Below, one piece after another: positions 32,331 through 43,452 of a stretch of DNA of 64,000 nt (position 1 is its first letter; each line of letters begins with the position of its first letter). The DNA comes from an uncultured delta proteobacterium (GTDB taxonomy: Bacteria > Myxococcota > Kuafuiibacteriia > Kuafuiibacteriales > Kuafuiibacteriaceae), in assembly GCA_963803435.1 (NCBI GenBank), contig CAWDML010000010.1:64001-128000 (forward strand), written 5' to 3'. The notes under the pieces are model-generated. The model had not been told where the DNA came from, made no database searches, and saw only the letters and a program-made list of their open reading frames with translations. Both the position numbers and the translations under genes were made by a program.

Positions 32331-33167
32331 TCACTCGAGCGAGCTGGTCTCCTGTCCTCCGCGGTGAGCCTTCTTTGCCGCCGCGGCTGCCTTCCACGCC
32401 TCGTCGAACTTGATCTCTTGCGCGCCCTTCGGAGGCTTGAACGCGAACATGTCGGCGGTCAGGAGAGGAGCGACATTCCAGTTGCTCACCTCCACCGAGA
32501 ACTGCGGGAGCGAGGCGACCTTCTTGCTGGTGATGACGAATCTCCTCGGCAGCGGCCGCGGGCCGGCATCGATCCAGATCTCCCAGTTGGTCTCGTTCCC
32601 CTCGAAGGCCAGATGGTGCACCTGCACGCCGCCCACCTGTTCGGTGCCGAGATATTTGCCGGCAACGACGTCCTCCGTGAGGATCTCGTAGGGCGAAGCG
32701 TAGAGGAGATCGCCCGCCGGCGCGTCGAGCTTGAGCTTCTTGCGGCCGAAGTCGATCGCCTCATCCAGCGTCCCAGGCGCTGAGGTGGTGGCGTAGACGT
32801 TGCTCCTTCTCCCGAAGAGGGTCATCTTCGAGCCGTCGTAGTACAAGGATGCGTCCACCGGTGCGCTGAGCCGATCGCTGCGGAGGTGGTTCGGCCGTTG
32901 AAGGTAGACATTCGACGTCGCTGGAAATTGCAGCTTCTGCCCCGACTCGAGAACGATCTCGTCGACCGAGTCGGCCTGGAAAGTAAACGCTGGCAGGTGC
33001 GCCAGGTAGTCGCACATGTTCCGCAGGACCGAATCGGCCTTGGGCTGGATCTGCGGCGCAGCCCGCGGCTCTTGCTTCGACTCTCCCTGCGCGAAGACGA
33101 CGGTGCCGATCGCCGCCGCGCAAACGGCGACACCGCCATAGAGCATCCATTTCCATCTGTCGTTCAT
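32331..33167 (-). CDS. DUF2092 family periplasmic protein
   Basis: GQKLQF...QRPNHLR, LYYDGSKMTL, WEIWIDAG..PLPRRFVITS. Confidence 0.8.
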   Translation of the reverse strand: MNDRWKWMLYGGVAVCAAAIGTVVFAQGESKQEPRAAPQIQPKADSVLRNMCDYLAHLPAFTFQADSVDEIVLESGQKLQFPATSNVYLQRPNHLRSDRLSAPVDASLYYDGSKMTLFGRRSNVYATTSAPGTLDEAIDFGRKKLKLDAPAGDLLYASPYEILTEDVVAGKYLGTEQVGGVQVHHLAFEGNETNWEIWIDAGPRPLPRRFVITSKKVASLPQFSVEVSNWNVAPLLTADMFAFKPPKGAQEIKFDEAWKAAAAAKKAHRGGQETSSLE

Positions 33168-33237
33168 GGCTGGATCGGAGAAGCAAGCGATGTGCCGCGC
33201 TTCCAATTCGGAGCGCATCAAACGAAGGGGCGAGCGA

Positions 33238-34059
33238 TCAGGCGACCGCGATCGGGAAGAAGTCGTTTCGCACCACCAGGAAGCGGCGCGGGTCGGACGG
33301 GTCCACGAGCGCGATCAGCTTGGAGCCGCCCTCGAGGAGGATCGGTGTGCCCTTCTTGGGGTTCATCAGCACCTGCCGCTCCGTCGGCCCGCCGTTCGTG
33401 AAGTGCTCGGGCAGGAGGAAGACATAGATCAGCGAGCCGGTCTTGCGCCCGTTCACGAGCTGCTCGTCGACGCGGGAGACGACGCACTCGACCTCGACGC
33501 CCACTCGGGCCGCATGCGTCTGGGCGCGCGTGGTCCGGAAGGCGGCGATCCCGACGATGAGCAGGCTGCCGCCGATGAGCCCGACGCCGACCACCGTCAT
33601 GAAGGCGAAGGAGGCCCAGCGGCCCTTCGAGGCCTGGGCCGCCCAGTTGAGCGCGAACTCGTCGGGCCGGCCCCGGTGATAGCGAACGGCCGGCTGGGCG
33701 GCCTCGTCGGCGGAGCTGAAGAGCAGATCGAAGTCCACCTTGCCCGAATGGAGCACGCCATCCTCGTCTGCGAAGCGGACGTTGAGCTTGTAGGAGTTCA
33801 GGATGAAGTCCCTGGACTCCTTTTGCCCCTCGACCTCTGCGGGCGCTTGGACCTCGCCTTCGGCCCAGAGCCGCTGATCCCGTTGTAGCGTCTGGACCTC
33901 ACTCCATTGCCAGACGGCATAGGCAGCGGCGACCGCCACGGCGGCCAGGCAGAGGAGCCCCGCGCCCGCCAAACGCTTGAAAACGTATCCGGAGACCAGC
34001 TGGCGCGGCGCAGGAGGGAGCAGGGCGGGCAACTGACTACACGCCCCGCGCCGTGGCAT
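33238..34059 (-). CDS. Hypothetical membrane protein with two TM segments
   Basis: Coding-like C-terminal part of the 668-aa ORF call; start uncertain. Confidence 0.55.
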   Translation of the reverse strand: MPRRGACSQLPALLPPAPRQLVSGYVFKRLAGAGLLCLAAVAVAAAYAVWQWSEVQTLQRDQRLWAEGEVQAPAEVEGQKESRDFILNSYKLNVRFADEDGVLHSGKVDFDLLFSSADEAAQPAVRYHRGRPDEFALNWAAQASKGRWASFAFMTVVGVGLIGGSLLIVGIAAFRTTRAQTHAARVGVEVECVVSRVDEQLVNGRKTGSLIYVFLLPEHFTNGGPTERQVLMNPKKGTPILLEGGSKLIALVDPSDPRRFLVVRNDFFPIAVA

Positions 34060-34131
34060 CAACTGGGAAAGTCCGAGGTGTGCGCCGCGTAACCGTCCTA
34101 CTCTCGGTCGCTTGTTACCTTGAGCTCTCCG

Positions 34132-37102
34132 ATGGAAGACGAGCCCCTGAGGGGGGTCCTCGACCCAGACTTCCTGGCGCTCGGTCTGGGCGGGACCAAC
34201 ATGATGGCCATGCTGTGGTCGGTGGCGATGGGCCGCCGGGCCGTCGGCGTGGAGATGCGCGGTGATCCCTTCCTCGGCGTGCATTGGAACATCCGCGAGG
34301 ATCTCTACCACCAGCTCGGATTGATCGATCGGATGATGCTCGAGCGCTACGGTGAAGCGGGTGTGCCGCTGCGCGCCGACGGCACGCTCTTTCGTCTCGC
34401 CGACTGCTTCTACAGCGTGGAGACGGTCGCCGGCGACATCGTCGCGGACGAGATCATCGACGGCTACGACCAGCATCAGCACATCGTCGGCTCTATCCAT
34501 CACGTCGAGTTCATCGACGATCGCTGGCGCGACGGGATCCCCAACCGGGTCGTCTCGCTGTTGACGCCGCCGAAGCCTCCGGACGCGCCCGACCCTACGC
34601 GGATCCGCACCAACATGATCGAGGTGCTCGACGGTCCCTCCACTTTCCAGGCGGGCGCGGCGTCGGTCTTGGTCTTGCTCCGCCGCTACCTGGAGCGGAT
34701 CGAGCGGATGGACCTGGACAGCGGACGGGATCCGCCGCGCGTCCGCCTCTTCACGCGCCACCGCGTGATCACCGCCGAGCAGGACGGCTTTCACCGCCTC
34801 CCCGACGACCGACTGCAGGTCCGTATCGAGGCCCTCCAGGAGCTCGACTTCAAGGGCAAGTTCGTGCGCGTCCGAGCGCCCGGCACCGAGGTCATCGACG
34901 TCGGAGTCCCCGAGCTGATCATGATCGCTCAGGGCTTCGACAGCACGGACGCGACCCGGTTGGGGTTCGTCCAGGAGGACGTCAAGGTCGACCACCACGA
35001 CGGTCGCGGCGAGGTGGTGGCGCAGGCGGACTTTCTGGCGGGCTTGATCGAGGTCCTGGTGGGCGGGCGCCTCCGCCGGCGGAATCTCCTCGGAGTTCGA
35101 CCGCGACGGCAAGGAGTACTGGGTCCGGCAAATCGCGGTCGGGCACGAGAACGATCCCGAGGTGGGCTGGGTGCTGGTGCAGGTGCCCGACTTCAAGACG
35201 TTCGATCCGATCGAGGCGGGCCTGGTCCCGGCCTCGATCGACAAGGAGTCGCCCGAGTTCTTCGCCGCCTACCAGCACCTCGTCTACGACTACTTCATGG
35301 AGCAGTCGGCCGAGGTGCTCGAGCTCCCCAAGAAGGACCTCATGAAGGTCCAGATGGTCTACGGGCCCAAGCTGTTCAGCCTGATCGAGCGGATGGGGAG
35401 CGACGCGCAGGTGGCCGGCAACTGCGTCGTCGCCGGGGACTCGTTCGGCAACGGCCACTTCCTGACCAGCGGCGGCGCGATGACCGGGATGGTCGGACAC
35501 AGCATGCGCGTCCTGACCTACTGGCACGCCCGCGACGGCGGCGCCTCCGCGGGCGATTCGATCCGGGCGCTCGCCGAGGGGATCCGGGAGGACACGCTCG
35601 GCTGGCTCCGCGTCAGCGCGCAGGAGTACAGCGAGGCAGTCCCGATCAACTTCGGGGCGGAGCGGATCAAGAAGATCGCCGCCGGCAGCGGGATCGCGGC
35701 CAGCGCGCGCGCACACTCGATCGACTCCACACGCCGAAAGCGACACTCGCTGCTCCCGCTCGATCCCTCTGACTGGCGCCGTCTCTTTCTTCGCAACGGC
35801 CGGGTGCTGTCGGCGCCGCTCCCCGAGCTCCACGCGATGCACCCGGCGCTCCGGGCGCAGCGCTCCGCGAAGAAGGGCACCAAGCGGACCGTCGCGTTCG
35901 TGGCGCGGTCGCTGATGCCCGGGATCGTCCGCTTCGTGCAGGCGCTCGCCGGGCAGCCGGGCGTTCGCCTCGGGCTGATCACCTGCGATCCGCCGGAGAT
36001 GCTCCCGCGCAACCTGCGGGAGCGGCTGGCGGCGCACGCGCTGGTCGCGGAGCCAATCGACCCCGAGCGGATCGGCGAGGCCGTCCGGTCGATGTCCTGC
36101 GACCTGGGGCTCCCCGAGATGTTGCTCGCCACCTGCGAGGATCTCCAGCTTCCGCTGGCGGAGGTGCGGAGCACGCTCGGGATCGGGGGCATGGGCGCCG
36201 ACATCGCGGCGAACTTCCGCGACAAGCCGCGGATGAAGGCGCTGCTCGGCGCGGCGGGGCTGCCGGTGGCGAAGCACAGTCTCGTCGAGACGTGCTCCCA
36301 GGCTGCCGACTTCGCACGCCGGGTCGGCTATCCGCTCGTGGTCAAGCCACCCGGTGGAACCAGCGCGCGCTCGACGCTGCGAGTGGAGGGCGAGGATCAG
36401 CTCCGCGGCGCGCTCGAGCGGCTCGGCGCCGAGCCGGGTCGTCCCGTGCTCTGCGAGGAGTTTGTGGCCGGGCGCGAGTGCTCGCTCGAGGTGATGACCA
36501 TCGGGGGCGTGCCGGCCTGGTGGTCGGCGACGCGCTGCGATCCTGCTCCGCTCCACGTGCTCGAGAATCCCTGGATCCAGTGGACCGTGACGCTCCCGCG
36601 CGAGCTCGAGGATCCGGCCGACGTCGACGTGCGCCGCATGGGCTTCTCTGCGCTGAGGGCGCTCGGGATCGGCTCCGGCATCTCGCACATGGAGTGGTTC
36701 CGGCGCGCCGACGGGACCGTCGCGATCTCGGAGATCGCAGCCAGGCCGCCGAGCTCGCCGATCGTGTCGCTGATGGGGCAGGCCCACGGAGCCGACGTCT
36801 ATCGCGCGTGGGCCAACGCGGTGGTGCACGGCCTGTTCGCGCCCATCCCGCGACAGCACGCCGCCGGCGCCGCGTTCCTGCGCGCGCAAGGGTGCGGTGA
36901 TCGCGTGCGCGCGGTGGTCGGCCTCGAGGAGATCCAGCGGGAGCTGGGCGCGCTCATCACAGAGGTGCAGGCGCCCCGGATCGGCCAGGCCCGCTCGGGC
37001 TCGCACGAGGGGGAGGGCGTGGTCCTGGTGCGCCACGCAGAGACCAAGGTGGTGGACGAGGCGCTGCGGCGCGTGATCGAGCGCGTTCGAGTCGAGGTGT
37101 AG
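34132..37102 (+). pseudogene. FAD-dependent oxidoreductase-like domain fused to ATP-grasp ligase, with one frameshift at ~35083
   Basis: LGLGGT...GVE Rossmann start; VAGDSFG..H motif; DKPRMK, VVKP, CEEFV, HMEWF, EIAARP; removing one A from cggaatc joins the two ORFs. Confidence 0.7.
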
Positions 37103-37104
37103 CG

Positions 37105-37638
37105 CTACTCGGACACCTTGTAGCGATCCGCGAGGCTGCCGGCGTCGGCGCGGCCCGAGCGACCCTCCATCAGATCCGAGATCTGCTGCGTGAGCTTTCG
37201 GTGGCGCTGCGACAAGAGCCGCGCCATCGCGGCGACCAGCTTGTATGCGGCGAGGCTCCCCTCCTCGAGCTGCTCCTCGAAGAGCGCCCGGCGGAAGCGG
37301 AAGACCGTGAGCGCACCCAAGGCACGCACGCTCGCCGAGCGGGCCGAGCCGTCGAGGATCGCCATCTCGCCGAAGCATGCGCCCGGGTCCAGGACGGCGA
37401 TCCGGACCGGCCCTGCGGTCATGTCCTTCACGACCTCGGCCTGGCCCTCGAAGATCACGTACCAGGCGTCGCCCAGGTCGCCTTCATGGAAGACTTGCTC
37501 GGCGTCCTGGAGCCGCTGCACCTCCATGATGCGGACAATCTCGCCGCGCTCCGCCGGATCGAGCCCGTCGAAGAGCGGCGTCGACACGAGGAAGCCGATC
37601 ACGGTCTCGAGCGAGATGGGCGCGTCCACGTGAGTCAT
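37105..37638 (-). CDS. Cyclic nucleotide-binding domain protein
   Basis: VFHEGDLGDAWYVI, FGEMAILDGSARSASV. Confidence 0.9.
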   Translation of the reverse strand: MTHVDAPISLETVIGFLVSTPLFDGLDPAERGEIVRIMEVQRLQDAEQVFHEGDLGDAWYVIFEGQAEVVKDMTAGPVRIAVLDPGACFGEMAILDGSARSASVRALGALTVFRFRRALFEEQLEEGSLAAYKLVAAMARLLSQRHRKLTQQISDLMEGRSGRADAGSLADRYKVSE

Positions 37639-37761
37639 CTGGTTATCCCAACGGGAAGTGGCCGCCAACCGGCGCGGTGTCGAGCGCGGCGTCGATACAC
37701 GACAATGACGCTCGGTGTAGGTTGGGAACGAGGTGACCAGTTTCGGGGATCGGGAGCGGAT

Positions 37762-39621
37762 ATGGCAACATCATCGATGATGCGGCGCGCGCTGCTTCTC
37801 GCTGGTCTCGCGAGCTGCTTCGGCGAGCCGACCTACGAGGGACGGCGCTGCTCCAATCAAGAGCCCTGTCCGGAGCCGCTGGTCTGCGACACGGGCGGCA
37901 TTTGCCGCTCCTCCGGGTCGGACGCGTCGGTGATCGAGGAAGAGTGCACGAGCGGTCGTGTCGAGAGCTGCTACGAAGGGCCGGCGGGGACCCTCGACGT
38001 GGGCCCCTGTCGCGCCGGCAGCCGCAGCTGCGTCGACGGGCGCTGGTCCGCGTGCCAGGGTGCGATCCTTCCGGCGCTCCAGGAGAGCTGCGATGGGCTC
38101 GACGACGACTGCGACGGCGTGGAGGACGACGGCTGTCCCTGCGCCCCCGATGAAAGCCGGCCCTGCTACCCGGGCCCCGCCGGAACCTCGACGGTCGGGC
38201 TCTGCCATCCGGGAACACAGCGCTGCAACGCGGGCGCCTGGGGCGGCTGCGATGGCGCCGTCGAGCCGGCTGCGGAGATCTGTGACGGCCTCGACCAGGA
38301 CTGCAACGGGGTCGAGGACGATGGCACCAACAGATGCGGCGGGGCGTGCCCGCTGGCGAACGAGCCGGGCGCGCCCTGCGACGCCGCGGAGGATCTCGAC
38401 CTCTGCCCGGACGACGCCTTCGCCTGCGATGGTCTCAACGCGACGGTCTGTGTGGAGGGCGGCGTCGATGCGGACGGCGACCACTACTCCGTCGGCCCCC
38501 TCTCCTGCCAAGGGGACTGCGACGATTCGGACCAGGCTCGCAACCTGAGCGATCCGGACAGCTGCACCATCGTCCTCGACGGAGTGCTCTCCGGCTTGTA
38601 CGACCACCCCGGCATGATCGTGCGCATCCCGATCCGCGTCGACGTGACGCCTTATGACGGCAACGATCTCCTCGCCGCCTGCGATCCGGTCGACTCCGGA
38701 TGCCTCGAGATCCGCGCGGCCGAGATCCACGTCGACGGGCTGCTCTCGGCGCGCGGCTCGGGCCACGGCGGGGGCGGAGGCGGCGGCGGCGGTGCCGCGC
38801 GCTGCGCATCGACCGGCTGCACGCCGGCCGCCATGACCGGCACGATGGGGCCGGGTGGCGCCGGCGCCCGCGACGGGCTCGTCGGCGGGGGCGCGCCAAT
38901 CAGCAGCACCCACGGAGGTGTCGGCGGACGAGGGGGAGGAGAGAGCGGCGGCGATGGTGGCGCGCGCGGATACCTCTTCGGCTGCGGAGGCGACTCGTTG
39001 CCTGGCGCGAATGGAGCTCCGGGCGGATACGGCGCCGGATCGCCCGGCCTCAACAACGACCAGACGACGGATCGGACCGTGCTCCTCGGATCGGGTGGCG
39101 GCGGCGGCGGTGGTGGCGCCTCCAGCGAGTGCAACGGCATGGCCGGCTTCGCGGGCGGCGGCGGAGCCGGGAACCCTGGCGGCGGCCTGGTTCGGTTGCT
39201 GGCCAGCGAGCGGATCGTCGTCGACGGTACCATCGACGCGCGCGGGCTCGTCGACTCCGCCGGCGACGGGATGGCCGGCGTGAACCCGAGCAACTGTACG
39301 AACGTGGATCTGGCGGACGTGATCCCGGGGAGCGGCGGCAACGCGAACCTTCCCGGCACCAGCTCACCGTCCGGCCACGGCGGCCTCGTCTGCAGTCAAG
39401 CTTCACCCTCGGACGGGGGCCGCGGCGGCGGCGGCGGCGGCGGCGGCGTTTTGCTCGTCGCGCCAGCCGTCGCGATCAATGGGAGCCTGGATCTGCGCGG
39501 GGGCGGCGACGTCGTCGACAACGGCGGCACGCTCAAGATCTTCTCCTCCACCATCACCGGCAGCGCGGGCACGTTCTTCGGTCGCCTCTGCGTGGGCGAG
39601 ATCGACGACGCCTGTCAGTGA
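37762..39621 (+). CDS. Cys-rich lipoprotein with ExCDGLDxDCxG (MopE-like) repeats and a Gly-rich C-terminal domain
   Basis: Lipobox LASC; ESCDGLDDDCDG and EICDGLDQDCNG; GSGGGGG tracts. Confidence 0.75.
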   Translation: MATSSMMRRALLLAGLASCFGEPTYEGRRCSNQEPCPEPLVCDTGGICRSSGSDASVIEEECTSGRVESCYEGPAGTLDVGPCRAGSRSCVDGRWSACQGAILPALQESCDGLDDDCDGVEDDGCPCAPDESRPCYPGPAGTSTVGLCHPGTQRCNAGAWGGCDGAVEPAAEICDGLDQDCNGVEDDGTNRCGGACPLANEPGAPCDAAEDLDLCPDDAFACDGLNATVCVEGGVDADGDHYSVGPLSCQGDCDDSDQARNLSDPDSCTIVLDGVLSGLYDHPGMIVRIPIRVDVTPYDGNDLLAACDPVDSGCLEIRAAEIHVDGLLSARGSGHGGGGGGGGGAARCASTGCTPAAMTGTMGPGGAGARDGLVGGGAPISSTHGGVGGRGGGESGGDGGARGYLFGCGGDSLPGANGAPGGYGAGSPGLNNDQTTDRTVLLGSGGGGGGGGASSECNGMAGFAGGGGAGNPGGGLVRLLASERIVVDGTIDARGLVDSAGDGMAGVNPSNCTNVDLADVIPGSGGNANLPGTSSPSGHGGLVCSQASPSDGGRGGGGGGGGVLLVAPAVAINGSLDLRGGGDVVDNGGTLKIFSSTITGSAGTFFGRLCVGEIDDACQ

Positions 39622-39628
39622 GCGAGGC

Positions 39629-40426
39629 TCACTCGAGCAGCCAGACGACCAGCCCCGTCGCCAGCGCGCCCACAGCAACTCCACCCGCCCCGATCGCGAC
39701 GTTGCGCTGCGTGACCGCGGTCCGATAGTGGCGCCGCGAGCGTGACGCGAACTCGGCGTCGTCCGCCTGCGAGGCGCTCGACACGGCCAGACCGGAGAAG
39801 ACGGCGGAGGTGATCGCCGCGGCAGCGCCGGCGCCGAACGCGGTCCAGACCACCGCGCTCGGTCCCTGGGGCTCGCTGGCCGTCAGCGCCGGCCCGGGTG
39901 GAACCGCAGAGACCAGCGGAGGGGGCGGCGGCGGAGCGACCGGTGGGGGCGGTGGCGGGCTCGCCGGCGGCGGCAACTCCGGAGGCGGCGGCGGAGCCGC
40001 CACCGGCGGTGGCTCCACTCGTGGCGGCGGAGCGGCGGGCGGCGGCGGCGGTTCCGCGCGGGTCGGCGGTCTCTTGGCGCGGGCCCGCGCGACCTTCCGG
40101 AACAGCCGGCGCGCTCGAAGCGGCGTCCCGCGCGGAAGAGCCACGCGGTGGTCGTACTCGAGCGCTTGCCGGAAGGACTCGGTCGCGTCGTTGGTGCGGT
40201 CGAACTGGAACTGGATCAGACCGATGTACAGGTGGATGTTCGCAAGGTCCTTGGGCCGGGAGGAGCTGGCCAGCGCGCGCGTCAGCGCCTCCAGCGCTTC
40301 CGGGTAGCTCTTCTCGTCGTAACGACGGATCCCTTCCTCCAGGTCGCCGCGCGGGACGGCCGCGAGCGAGAGGAGCCCCACCGCGGCGATCGCGCAGAGC
40401 ACGCTTGCAAGGTATCCGGCAGGCAC
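39629..40426 (-). CDS. TPR protein with Pro-rich linker and C-terminal TM helices
   Basis: EGIRRYDEKSYPEALEAL, HLYIGLIQF, PPPP linker. Confidence 0.75.
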   Translation of the reverse strand: MPAGYLASVLCAIAAVGLLSLAAVPRGDLEEGIRRYDEKSYPEALEALTRALASSSRPKDLANIHLYIGLIQFQFDRTNDATESFRQALEYDHRVALPRGTPLRARRLFRKVARARAKRPPTRAEPPPPPAAPPPRVEPPPVAAPPPPPELPPPASPPPPPPVAPPPPPPLVSAVPPGPALTASEPQGPSAVVWTAFGAGAAAAITSAVFSGLAVSSASQADDAEFASRSRRHYRTAVTQRNVAIGAGGVAVGALATGLVVWLLE

Positions 40427-40461
40427 GACGGTGTCGAGCGGGGCGATGATAGGATCCGACC

Positions 40462-41943
40462 GTGTCGGTCATTTCGGCCGCCGTCGATGCCGCGGGCAGG
40501 CTGGAGCGCGTCGGTCCGTACCGGGTCCTCGACGTCGTGGGCCGCGGCGGGATGGGCATCGTGTACCGCGTTCGCCGCGACGACAATCCGGACGGTGTAC
40601 CGCTCGCGCTCAAGACCATCGAGTCTCGCTTCTTCTCCAACAGCGAGAGCAACGCGCCGCAGCGCTTCATGCAGGAGATCCGGGTGCTCGAGCGGCTGGA
40701 GCATCCCTCGGTGGTCCGGTTTCGTGACGCCGGCGTGGCCAGGGACAAGTTCGGCTCCGAGATCATGTTCCTCGTGACCGACTTCCTCGAAGGGACGTCG
40801 CTGCGCCTTCGGCTCAAGTCGGAGCGCCTCTCACAGGGTCGAGCGCTCGAGTGGTTCGCACAGGTGCTCGACGCGTTGATCTATCTGGACGCGCAGAGCG
40901 TCGTGCACCGCGACCTCACGCCGAACAACATCTTCATCCTGAACATCGACCGAGCGATCCTGATCGACTTCGGCCTGGCCCGCTCGGATGAGCTCACCCG
41001 ACTCACCCAGTCGGGAATGATCGTCGGCTCGTTCCGCTACATGGCGCCCGAGCGTCTGATGGATCGCGGCGGGGACATCCGGGCGGACATCTTCGCGCTC
41101 GGCACGATCGTGTTCGAGATGCTGGCCGGCCGCCCCGCCTTCTCGATCACGGAGAACCGGCTCACCGAGCTCCTCCGGAACATGGAGCAGGGACTGCCGT
41201 GGACGCCGGAGCTGCGGCTCGCGGTCGGTGACGATCTGGCTCGCCTCCTCGAGACCATGGTCGATCCGGATCCGGAGCGCCGGCCGCGTCCCGCACTCCT
41301 CGGGAGCATGCTCCGCGCCGTGATCACGCCGGTCACCGGCACCCGACATCGAGCGGAGACGCCGGTCGAGGAGCCTCCGAGGCGACCGAAGCCGCTCGAT
41401 GTGCCCGAGCCCTCGCCGGTCGAGCCGGCGGCGACGGAGGCTAGGGAGCGGACGGGGTTCTCCGGGCTCGTGGTCGCGGCCATCGCGGTCACGACCTTCG
41501 CCGGCGGTCTCGCCGGCGGCCTCGTCGGCGCGTCGATGCTCGAGCACGAGTCGCCGGCCGACTCTGCGCCCGCCCTCGCGCGGCCGGTCGCGCCCTCGCC
41601 GGTTCCTCGGATCATCCGGAGCGCACCGGAGGCGCCCATCGAAAAGCAGCCGGCGATCGAGAAGCCCGCCCGTCCGGACCTCCGCTCGGACGAGGCCGCC
41701 TTCGCCTACGGTCGCTACGCCCGGCTCGAGGGCCAGCTCGAGACAGCGCGGTGGGCCCTCGAGCGCGCCGTTGCGCTGAACCCGGTGATGGCGGAGGCTC
41801 ACCGCGAGCTCGGCGAGCTCCTTCGCCAGCAGAACGATCGGGAGGGCGCGCTCCGCCACTTCCAGCTCTATCTCGCGCTACGTCCCACCGCGTCCGACGC
41901 CGCCGCGATCAAGGCCTGGATCGACGCCTCGACCCCACCGTGA
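40462..41943 (+). CDS. Membrane Ser/Thr protein kinase with C-terminal TPR
   Basis: GRGGMGIVY, ALK, HRDLTPNN, DFG, YMAPE; TM segment then TPR. Confidence 0.9.
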   Translation: MSVISAAVDAAGRLERVGPYRVLDVVGRGGMGIVYRVRRDDNPDGVPLALKTIESRFFSNSESNAPQRFMQEIRVLERLEHPSVVRFRDAGVARDKFGSEIMFLVTDFLEGTSLRLRLKSERLSQGRALEWFAQVLDALIYLDAQSVVHRDLTPNNIFILNIDRAILIDFGLARSDELTRLTQSGMIVGSFRYMAPERLMDRGGDIRADIFALGTIVFEMLAGRPAFSITENRLTELLRNMEQGLPWTPELRLAVGDDLARLLETMVDPDPERRPRPALLGSMLRAVITPVTGTRHRAETPVEEPPRRPKPLDVPEPSPVEPAATEARERTGFSGLVVAAIAVTTFAGGLAGGLVGASMLEHESPADSAPALARPVAPSPVPRIIRSAPEAPIEKQPAIEKPARPDLRSDEAAFAYGRYARLEGQLETARWALERAVALNPVMAEAHRELGELLRQQNDREGALRHFQLYLALRPTASDAAAIKAWIDASTPP

Positions 41944-42026
41944 GAGAAGATGCATGCGGCTGATGCTGGCCGGTTGCACGCGTGGGCTTGCGCGGTGGCA
42001 TCACAGGCGGCGTATGCTCGATCCGC

Positions 42027-42908
42027 ATGCGATTCGAGCATCGAACTCTCGGCCGGACAGGTCTCGACGTTTCGCCGCTGGGGCTGGCGACCGGTGGAGG
42101 CTCGCTGTCCCCGCGGGACGTCGAGCGCGCCCACGACCTCGGCATCCGTTGCTTCTACTTCGGGTCGCTGAGAGCGAAGCCGTTCGGTGAGGGCGTTCGC
42201 GCTCTGGCGAAGCAGCATCGCGACCAGATGACCGTCGTGATCCAGAGCTACACGCGCGCCGCGTCCTTCATGAAAGTCTCCCTCGAACGAGGGCTGCGAA
42301 CGCTCGGGATCGATCACACCGATCTCCTGCTGCTGGGGTGGTGGAACGAGCCGCCGCCGGCCCGCATCCTCGATGCGGCGCTGGCGCTCCGCGAGCGCGG
42401 CCTGGCGCGTCACCTGATGATCTCCTGTCACAACCGTAAGACCTTCGCCCGCTACGCGCAGGAGCCGGCGTACGGCGCGATCATGGTCCGCTACAACGCC
42501 GTGCATCCGGGCGCCGAGACGGACGTGTTCCCCCATCTGGGCGCGTCGCCTCCGGGCGTGGTCTCGTACACGGCGCTGCGCTGGGGGCACCTGCTCGATC
42601 CCAGCGTCCTGCCTCCGAACGAGCCGCGCCCGCGCGCGTCCGACTGCTATCGCTTCGTACTCACCAGCCCGTCGGTGGGGCTGTCGATGTGCGCGCCTCG
42701 CAGCGCACAGGAGCTCGACGAGGCGGTCGCAGCCGTCGAGCGGGGGCCGATGACCGAGGACGAGCTCGCATGGATGAAGCGGGTCGGTGTGCACGTGAAG
42801 AGCGCGACCGCCGGCCGCCGCACCTTCTCCCCCATCGAGATGATCGACCGGGTCGGTGGCTGGTTCTCGTCGAACGAGAAGACCGGGCTCGACACCCGGA
42901 CCGACTGA
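42027..42908 (+). CDS. Aldo/keto reductase family protein
   Basis: RTLGRTGLDVSPLGL, SLERGLRTLGIDHTDLLLL. Confidence 0.8.
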   Translation: MRFEHRTLGRTGLDVSPLGLATGGGSLSPRDVERAHDLGIRCFYFGSLRAKPFGEGVRALAKQHRDQMTVVIQSYTRAASFMKVSLERGLRTLGIDHTDLLLLGWWNEPPPARILDAALALRERGLARHLMISCHNRKTFARYAQEPAYGAIMVRYNAVHPGAETDVFPHLGASPPGVVSYTALRWGHLLDPSVLPPNEPRPRASDCYRFVLTSPSVGLSMCAPRSAQELDEAVAAVERGPMTEDELAWMKRVGVHVKSATAGRRTFSPIEMIDRVGGWFSSNEKTGLDTRTD

Positions 42909-42914
42909 CGGACG

Positions 42915-43400
42915 TCAGCGCCGCTCCCAGGCGAGCAGCGCCGCATCGATGAGTGGCGTCAAGACCAGCGACACCAAGAGCCCGCTCCACAGGAGCACCT
43001 CGGTGCCGGTGGAGGAGTCGCGACAGAACGCTCCCGTGCAGCTCGCGCGGATGATCGCGTAGGTCGCCGTCGGCAGCGCCAGGCGGAGGCTCGCGCTGAT
43101 GAGGGCGGAGGTCACGTTATCGTGCACCCCGTGGGCGATCGGCGTGGCCACCACGTAGGGGAGCGCGATGGGCGCGAGCCAGTAGTCGCTCTGCCGCTGG
43201 TTGGCGAGCACCACGGCCGCGGCCAGCAACGCCGCGCCGAAGGTCGCGTCGAAGGAGAGCGTCTCCCAGCCGTACCAGCTGATGGTGACCGCGCCCTCGG
43301 CCGGGAGCACGTAGGCGTCCGTCGAGGTGTACGTCTGTGCGTAGGCGGCGGGTGCCGCGACGAGCGAGAGCGCGACCAACACCGAGAGTGATCCGCGCAC
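42915..43400 (-). CDS. Hypothetical membrane protein
   Basis: Signal peptide, WYGWETL, several TM segments. Confidence 0.65.
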   Translation of the reverse strand: MRGSLSVLVALSLVAAPAAYAQTYTSTDAYVLPAEGAVTISWYGWETLSFDATFGAALLAAAVVLANQRQSDYWLAPIALPYVVATPIAHGVHDNVTSALISASLRLALPTATYAIIRASCTGAFCRDSSTGTEVLLWSGLLVSLVLTPLIDAALLAWERR

Positions 43401-43452
43401 GCGGCACGATTGTGAGCACGCCTGCGTGCGGCAAGTCCACGCGTCGCCGCCG

